Source of the DNA: an uncultured Candidatus Saccharibacteria bacterium
GTDB lineage: Bacteria; Patescibacteriota; Minisyncoccia; Sungbacterales; JACQCQ01
Reading direction: 5' to 3'
NCBI GenBank assembly: GCA_964494945.1
Contig: CAZBTX010000004.1
Span: 27,385 to 91,384 of the forward strand
Length of the DNA: 64,000 bases
The position numbers were made by a program, and so were the translations under genes. Below, piece by piece: positions 58,707-64,000 of this stretch. Each line of letters begins with the position of its first letter. Positions within the stretch are counted from its first letter, which is position 1. Under the pieces are notes generated by a model, which did not search any database, was not told where the DNA came from, and saw nothing but the letters and a program-made list of their open reading frames with translations.

Positions 58707-58965
58707 GCGCACCTCCATGTTTTTTGGGTGAATATCACCCTGCAGGCTTGTGAAATAACACAAGCACCAAATAGAACTTCTGTCAAGTTTTTGGGCAGGG
58801 GGTAATCTAGGTCTGTTAGCGCATATCATAGATAACTTCTAGGCCTTGAAGTCATTAAGCTGCCCTCCAAAATCCCCTTATTGACAAGATTGTCAAACCG
58901 GTGCTACTCTATACGCGCACTGATTTTCGGCCTATTTTTAGCCAAAACACACAGTAGCGCGAAAA

Positions 58966-60015
58966 ATGCTGCAACCCATTAAAACATCAATCAAACCGCG
59001 CGAAGTTTCCCAAAAATTGCTCGCCAACGTGGAGAATAAACGCGTGCGCGAAGTACTGGAAAAACGCTTCGGTTTGAAAAACAGCGCCAAAAAGACGCTG
59101 GATGCCATCGGAAAAGAATACGGAATTACAAGAGAACGCGTTCGCCAAATTGAAGCGGACGGTCTTCGCGTGCTGGCTTCTCCGGCAATATATGGCACGG
59201 CCGATTTGGTTTTCAAAGCGTTAAAAGAACATTTGGACGAGCACGGAGGTGTCGCCGCTGAAGACCATTTGCTGGGTAGCATAGCCGATGAAAAAGACCA
59301 TCCTCATGTTTCATTTTTGCTGACAGTCGGCAAACCCTTCCAAAAAAAGCAGGAAACCGATGGTTTGCGTTCTGCGTGGTTTACCAATAAGAACGCGCAT
59401 GATGCCGTGGGGAAAATCTTGGACGGAGTTCATCGCGAGCTGGACTCAAAGAAAAATCCCGTAGCCAAGGAAGTACTTTTGGATATGATAGCAACTCACG
59501 CGGAAAAAATTCTGGGCGCGCGTCCCAGGGAGCACGTGGCCCGCAATTTTCTGGGTCTCGCCAATCAAATTGGGGAAAATCCCTACCGCGAATACGGGCT
59601 GGTTTCCTGGTCAACCATTCGCCCCAAGGGCGTTCGCGACAAGGCCTACTTGGTTCTGCAAAAAGCCGGAAAGCCTATGCACTTTAGGGAAGTGGCGAGT
59701 GCCATCAACGGCATGAATTGGATGAAAAAAGCCGCGCATCCGCAAACGGTGCATAACGAGCTTATCAAAGCTGGAGACCGCTTTGTGCTGGTGGGTCGCG
59801 GACTTTACGCGCTTCGCGAATGGGGTTATACGCCGGGGACAGTCGCGGATGTCATGAAAGGAGTTCTTACAAGTGCCGCCAAACCCATGGCTAAAGATGA
59901 ACTGGTACAGAAAGTCATGGAGAAGCGATTTGTCAAAGAGAATACCATTCTTTTGAACCTGCAAAATAAGTCCCTTTTCAAAAAGGGGGCTGACGGTAAG
60001 TATTTTTTGGCGTGA
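58966..60015 (+). CDS. Sigma-70 region-4-like HTH domain protein with ~270-aa C-terminal domain
   Basis: It carries KTLDAIGKEYGITRERVRQIEADGLRVL. A TTGACA motif lies at 58882. Confidence 0.5.
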   Translation: MLQPIKTSIKPREVSQKLLANVENKRVREVLEKRFGLKNSAKKTLDAIGKEYGITRERVRQIEADGLRVLASPAIYGTADLVFKALKEHLDEHGGVAAEDHLLGSIADEKDHPHVSFLLTVGKPFQKKQETDGLRSAWFTNKNAHDAVGKILDGVHRELDSKKNPVAKEVLLDMIATHAEKILGARPREHVARNFLGLANQIGENPYREYGLVSWSTIRPKGVRDKAYLVLQKAGKPMHFREVASAINGMNWMKKAAHPQTVHNELIKAGDRFVLVGRGLYALREWGYTPGTVADVMKGVLTSAAKPMAKDELVQKVMEKRFVKENTILLNLQNKSLFKKGADGKYFLA

Positions 60016-60016
60016 A

Positions 60017-60130
60017 ATAGCGCATAGCGTGTAGGGGATAGCGTATGGCGTATAGCGTCCAGATAAATTGGGTGGCCGCGAACATGTTGCCGTCCTCTGT
60101 ACGCTATCCGCTATTCGCTATACGCTATTA
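60017..60130. promoter_or_regulatory. Composite inverted repeat built from ATAGCGT heptamers between sigma-like gene and downstream membrane-protein gene
   Basis: The left arm at 60025-60058 carries four ATAGCGT-like units. The right arm at 60101-60128 carries four ACGCTAT-like units. Confidence 0.6.
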
Positions 60131-60153
60131 TAAGAAGGAAGACCTTCTATTGT

Positions 60154-61596
60154 ATGGATTTTTTAATTGAAAGTTTCGGAACTATTCTACAGCTGGCCAT
60201 AGAGCTTTGGTGGATTATTTTGCCGTTGATCGTAGTGCCGCTGGCGGCACACACTTGGAAATATTATTTAGTTTCAAAAAAATTAAAAGAGACGGAGTGG
60301 TTGCTTTTAGAAATTCAAATCCCGCGGGAAATAATGAAATCCCCCGAGGCCATGGAGCGGGTGTTTGCCGGACTCCACGGCCCCTACGACCCGCCGCAAT
60401 ATTTTAAAGATAATTATTTGAAGATCAAAGTCCGCCTTTGGTACAATTTTGAGATTGTGGGGCAGGGCGGCGATATGCGTTTTTTCATGCGTCTGCCCAA
60501 GGGCTGGCGCAAAGCGGCGGAAGCGCAAATGCACGCCCAGTATCCCGGCGTCACCATCCGCGAGGCCGAGGACTACGCCAAATCCCTTCCCGAAAATATG
60601 CCCAATGATGACTATGATCTTTGGGGAATGGAGATGCAGTTCGCCAAAGACAATCCTTATCCCATTTTAACTTACAAGGACTTCACGACGCTTACCGAGG
60701 CGAAATTGGAGGAAGTGAAGGTTGACCCCTTGTCGGCTTTTGCCGAGGCGTTGGCCAAACTGCGCCCCGGCGAGCAAATTTGGTTCCAGATCATGGCGCG
60801 TCCCTGCGGTTTACCCGGTAAGGGGCCCAATGATGATTGGCAGAAAAAGGGCGAGGAGCTGGTAAATAAACTGGCAGGGCGGGAAAAACCCAAAGCCAAA
60901 CCCTGGTGGCATTGGCTCGCTGATCTCTTTGCGGCCCTTGTGGAAGAAATCCCGGAGCACCTATCGGAGCTCGCCAAACCCGGCACTTCTTCGCCGGAGC
61001 AGGGACTGGGACGACTGAACGTGGCAGCTAAAAAGGACGAAACAAAAAAGGACCCGTCAAAGCTGATGCATATCACGCAAGGCGAGAAAGACGTGATTTC
61101 CGCCATTGAGAGCAAGATTTCCAAGATGGGATTTGAATGCGTGGTGCGCCTGATTTATGTGGCGCGAAGGGACGTCATGGACCTGGGCGCCATCGGCTCG
61201 CTTTTTGGCATTATCAAACAATTCAATACCCAGCATTTGAACGCTTTTCGCCCCAACGGCGCGGCGTTAACCAGGCCCCAGGATTATCTTTGGGGATTTT
61301 TCCAGTCAAAACGATATCTGACGCGTATAAAACGCGGGCTTCTGCGCGCCTATAGAGCGAGAAACCTTTTTTACGATTCAAAAGATTTCTTGCCCGGGCA
61401 AACTTTTCCGGAGACCGCGAGTGTTATTGAACGTATTTTCCCGAACAGTATGACGATGTTGCGTTCCAAACCCGTCGTTTTAAATATTGAAGAAATGGCG
61501 ACTTTGTTCCATTTCCCGGGTGCTACCGTGTCTTCGCCCACTATGCCGAAAATTGAGGCCAAGCAGGCCGAGCCGCCGGTAAACTTACCCCTCTGA
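60154..61596 (+). CDS. Membrane-anchored hypothetical protein (N-terminal TM pair, large soluble domain)
   Basis: It is an ORF with TM helices. Confidence 0.35.
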   Translation: MDFLIESFGTILQLAIELWWIILPLIVVPLAAHTWKYYLVSKKLKETEWLLLEIQIPREIMKSPEAMERVFAGLHGPYDPPQYFKDNYLKIKVRLWYNFEIVGQGGDMRFFMRLPKGWRKAAEAQMHAQYPGVTIREAEDYAKSLPENMPNDDYDLWGMEMQFAKDNPYPILTYKDFTTLTEAKLEEVKVDPLSAFAEALAKLRPGEQIWFQIMARPCGLPGKGPNDDWQKKGEELVNKLAGREKPKAKPWWHWLADLFAALVEEIPEHLSELAKPGTSSPEQGLGRLNVAAKKDETKKDPSKLMHITQGEKDVISAIESKISKMGFECVVRLIYVARRDVMDLGAIGSLFGIIKQFNTQHLNAFRPNGAALTRPQDYLWGFFQSKRYLTRIKRGLLRAYRARNLFYDSKDFLPGQTFPETASVIERIFPNSMTMLRSKPVVLNIEEMATLFHFPGATVSSPTMPKIEAKQAEPPVNLPL

Positions 61597-61658
61597 TATG
61601 AATAAAAAACAAGAAGCAAAAAACAAAACACATAAAACGGATTCTTGTTTCTTGTTTC

Positions 61659-63614
61659 TTGTTTCTTATTTTAACTTTCATGATTGACGACATCACCTAT
61701 TTCGCTGAAACCAATTACCGGGGCGATAAAAAACGCTTCGGCATTAAGCACGCGGACCGCCGCCGCCACATGTACATCATCGGTAAAACCGGCACCGGCA
61801 AAACCACGCTCTTGGATAATATGACGGTACAAGACATCCAGCGTGGGAACGGGGTGGCCGTGATTGACCCGCACGGCGAATATGCCGAGCGCATGCTCTC
61901 ATTCGTGCCCAAGGAGCGCATTCAGGATGTGGTCTATTTCAATCCGGCGGACCTGGAATATCCCTTTGGATTCAATATGCTGGAGCAGACCAAAATTGAA
62001 CTGCGTCACTTTGTGGCCTCGGGTCTTATGAGCGTTTTCAAAAAACTCTGGATAGACGCTTGGTCGGCCAGAATGGAATATTTTCTTTCTAATTCCATCC
62101 TTTCGCATCTGGAAGTTGAAGGGTCAACTCTCATGGGCGTGCACCGGATGTTCGGCGATAAGGCCTATAGAAAAACCATCGTATCTCAATTACGGGACCC
62201 GGTGATCAAGGCCTTCTGGGAGAATGAATTTGACAAACTGCCGGAGCAGTTCATGCGCGAGGCCATTGCTGCCATTCAAAATAAAGTCGGCCAGTTCATT
62301 GCCAATCCCTTAATTAGAAATATCACAGGTCAGCCGCATTCCACTTTCAATTTGCGCGATATCATGGATAAGAAAAAGATCCTGATCGTCAACCTCGCTA
62401 AAGGCAAGATAGGCGAGGAGAACTCCAAGCTTTTGGGAGCTATGCTGGTGACGCGAATTTATTTGGCGGCCATGTCCAGAGTGGATCTGCCCGAAGATGA
62501 GCGTGAAGATTTTTACGTCTATGTGGACGAGTTCCAAAATTTTGCCACGGAGGCCTTTGCTTCTATTCTTTCCGAGGCGCGCAAGTACCGCCTGAATCTT
62601 ACGCTGGCTAATCAATACATGGCGCAATTAGTGGACGACAAAACAAAGTCAGCGGTCCTGCGAGACGCCATTATCGGGAATGTGGGTACCATGATAAGTT
62701 TTCGCATTGGCGGGGAAGACGCAGAGGTGCTGGAGAAGGAGTTCATGCCGGAGTTCCTGATCCAGGATTTCGTTTCGCTGGGATTCGCCAATATTTATTT
62801 GAAACTCATGATTGATAACGTGGCCTCGCGCCCCTTTTCCGCCGTAACGCTCCCGCCCATTCCCGCGCCGCACGAAAATTACGCTAAAGAAATTATTGAG
62901 CACTCGCGGCTTACCTACGGCAAGCCCGTAGTCGAAGTGGACACGGCTATTCGCGTCTGGGGCGGATTTGTTCTCAGAACTTCTCCGGCGTCCCCCGGCG
63001 CGGAAGCTGCCGGAGTAAGTCAAGCGCCTGCCCGAGAACCGGAAAGAAAAAGAAGTGAAACGGAAAAGCCGCCAAGAAAAAAAGAAGAAAAAGGACAATA
63101 TCCGGCGGTTTGTGCCGTGGATGGAAAGCCGATAATGTTGCCATTCAAACCAGATAATCGCAGGCCTGTTTATTGCCAGGAGCATTTGAGCCAGATCCAG
63201 CGCATGCCTGCGCATGCAGGCGGCGGCCAAACCAACGCACCCAAACCAATACCGAGAGAAAACAGAAATTCCATGCCGCAAGCTGCTTCGTTTCCATCTC
63301 AATCCGCCCCGGCTATTCGCGCCGACCCCAACGCCAGACACATTTCACTTAATGACCTTAAGCCAAGAAATGAGGCATCACCTAATCGAAATCAAACGCC
63401 AAGAGAAAACAATACTGGGACAAGTCATGATTGGTCGCCTAGCCGTCGTTCGGAAGCCCCCAAAAAGTCAGTTGACCTTGGCGAACTCCGCAAAGTTTTG
63501 CAGGAGTCTCTACAAAAGCCCGTTGCCGAACCCCCCGAAGCAGAATCGGTTCCAAAATCTTCGGATGTACCACAAGCCGGCGCTCTAAAACCCGGAGAAA
63601 CAGTCAATTTTTAG
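61659..63614 (+). CDS. FtsK/HerA-superfamily ATPase, TraD/TraG/VirD4-like (type IV coupling-protein-like) with C-terminal low-complexity tail
   Basis: It has the Walker A motif GKTGTGKTT, AVIDPHGEY, and the Walker B motif YVYVDEFQNF. Confidence 0.55.
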   Translation: MFLILTFMIDDITYFAETNYRGDKKRFGIKHADRRRHMYIIGKTGTGKTTLLDNMTVQDIQRGNGVAVIDPHGEYAERMLSFVPKERIQDVVYFNPADLEYPFGFNMLEQTKIELRHFVASGLMSVFKKLWIDAWSARMEYFLSNSILSHLEVEGSTLMGVHRMFGDKAYRKTIVSQLRDPVIKAFWENEFDKLPEQFMREAIAAIQNKVGQFIANPLIRNITGQPHSTFNLRDIMDKKKILIVNLAKGKIGEENSKLLGAMLVTRIYLAAMSRVDLPEDEREDFYVYVDEFQNFATEAFASILSEARKYRLNLTLANQYMAQLVDDKTKSAVLRDAIIGNVGTMISFRIGGEDAEVLEKEFMPEFLIQDFVSLGFANIYLKLMIDNVASRPFSAVTLPPIPAPHENYAKEIIEHSRLTYGKPVVEVDTAIRVWGGFVLRTSPASPGAEAAGVSQAPAREPERKRSETEKPPRKKEEKGQYPAVCAVDGKPIMLPFKPDNRRPVYCQEHLSQIQRMPAHAGGGQTNAPKPIPRENRNSMPQAASFPSQSAPAIRADPNARHISLNDLKPRNEASPNRNQTPRENNTGTSHDWSPSRRSEAPKKSVDLGELRKVLQESLQKPVAEPPEAESVPKSSDVPQAGALKPGETVNF

Positions 63615-63724
63615 CTTTATACAGCCGAGTTGACATTTTATCAGTTATGTGATAGTGTTTTTACATTGTTCTTTGTGTGCCTGAATTGTGGAAGTGAAAA
63701 TAGTTCGTTGAGGAGGTATGAAAG

Positions 63725-63862
63725 ATGTTCGACTGCATCCTTAGAGTATTCATCTGGGTTGCGCTGATTTACTTCGTGTCCCTAGAAGTTGTCGGTGTTG
63801 CTGGTTTGTGCGGCATCGGGCCGTGGGCGACGAAGAAGGACAGTGAAGGAGACATCTACTAA
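63725..63862 (+). CDS. Candidate 45-aa membrane peptide with strong SD (GAGGAGGT)
   Basis: It translates as MFDCILRVFIWVALIYFVSLEVVGVAGLCGIGPWATKKDSEGDIY. It is flanked by the 12-bp inverted repeat CCTGAATTGTGG/CCACAATTCAGG. Confidence 0.3.
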   Translation: MFDCILRVFIWVALIYFVSLEVVGVAGLCGIGPWATKKDSEGDIY

Positions 63863-64000
63863 CCCTGGGGAGGCCGTCCTCCCCTCCACAATTCAGGTAC
63901 ACACTAAAAATTCAGCGAAGCGGTTAGGTCATAAGGAACGACAGACAAGCATCCAGACATTACCAGAATTGGAATTTGACGCTTAATGCCTTAGAGAATT

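Noticed and set aside
1-64000. A CRISPR array, tRNA or rRNA genes.
   Set aside because: No run of regularly spaced direct repeats with unique spacers was found. The repeats present are palindromic TIR elements or single duplications. No cloverleaf-like or rRNA-like conserved segments were recognised by eye. tRNAscan or Infernal should confirm this.

Overview
This window looks like a Candidate Phyla Radiation (Patescibacteria)-type genome fragment of roughly 50% GC, judged from gene content alone. It holds a very large glycan-biosynthesis locus, a housekeeping block, and a GC-rich foreign island.

- **Glycan locus (bases 1 to about 39,500).** It holds roughly 30 genes:
  - Eight GT-A and GT-B glycosyltransferases.
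  - A polyprenyl-phosphate route: a WbaP-like initiating transferase, a Dpm1/GtrB-like synthase, a GtrA/SMR-like small flippase, and ArnT/PMT-like and YfhO-like GT-C enzymes.
  - A Wzx-like flippase and an O-antigen-ligase/TPR protein.
  - A nonulosonic-acid module: a NeuB-like synthase fused to a cupin, a CMP-sugar synthetase, a HAD phosphatase and a Gfo/Idh/MocA oxidoreductase.
  - Decoration enzymes: three AsnB-family amidotransferases (one strikingly GC-rich and apparently foreign), a TupA-like ATP-grasp ligase, a NodU/CmcH carbamoyltransferase, three methyltransferases, a deacetylase and an FAD oxidoreductase.
- **Housekeeping block (39.5 to 56.6 kb).** It holds hpf, speH (AdoMetDC), secA, pepN, a CYTH protein, cyclophilin, a Cas4-like nuclease coupled to an S1 protease, secD and secF.
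- **Foreign island (56.7 to 58.8 kb).** It is about 63% GC and carries small minus-strand genes (one REC-like) punctuated by two identical 80-bp direct repeats. It is followed by a sigma-70 region-4 protein, a membrane protein and a TraD/VirD4-like ATPase.
- **Repeats and other elements.** Two families of small terminal-inverted-repeat palindromic elements occur, and some run into gene ends and starts. There are also paired 34-bp perfect palindromes, a repeated DnaA-box-containing motif, a candidate small RNA and several tiny peptide ORFs.
- **Absent.** No rRNA, tRNA or CRISPR array was seen.
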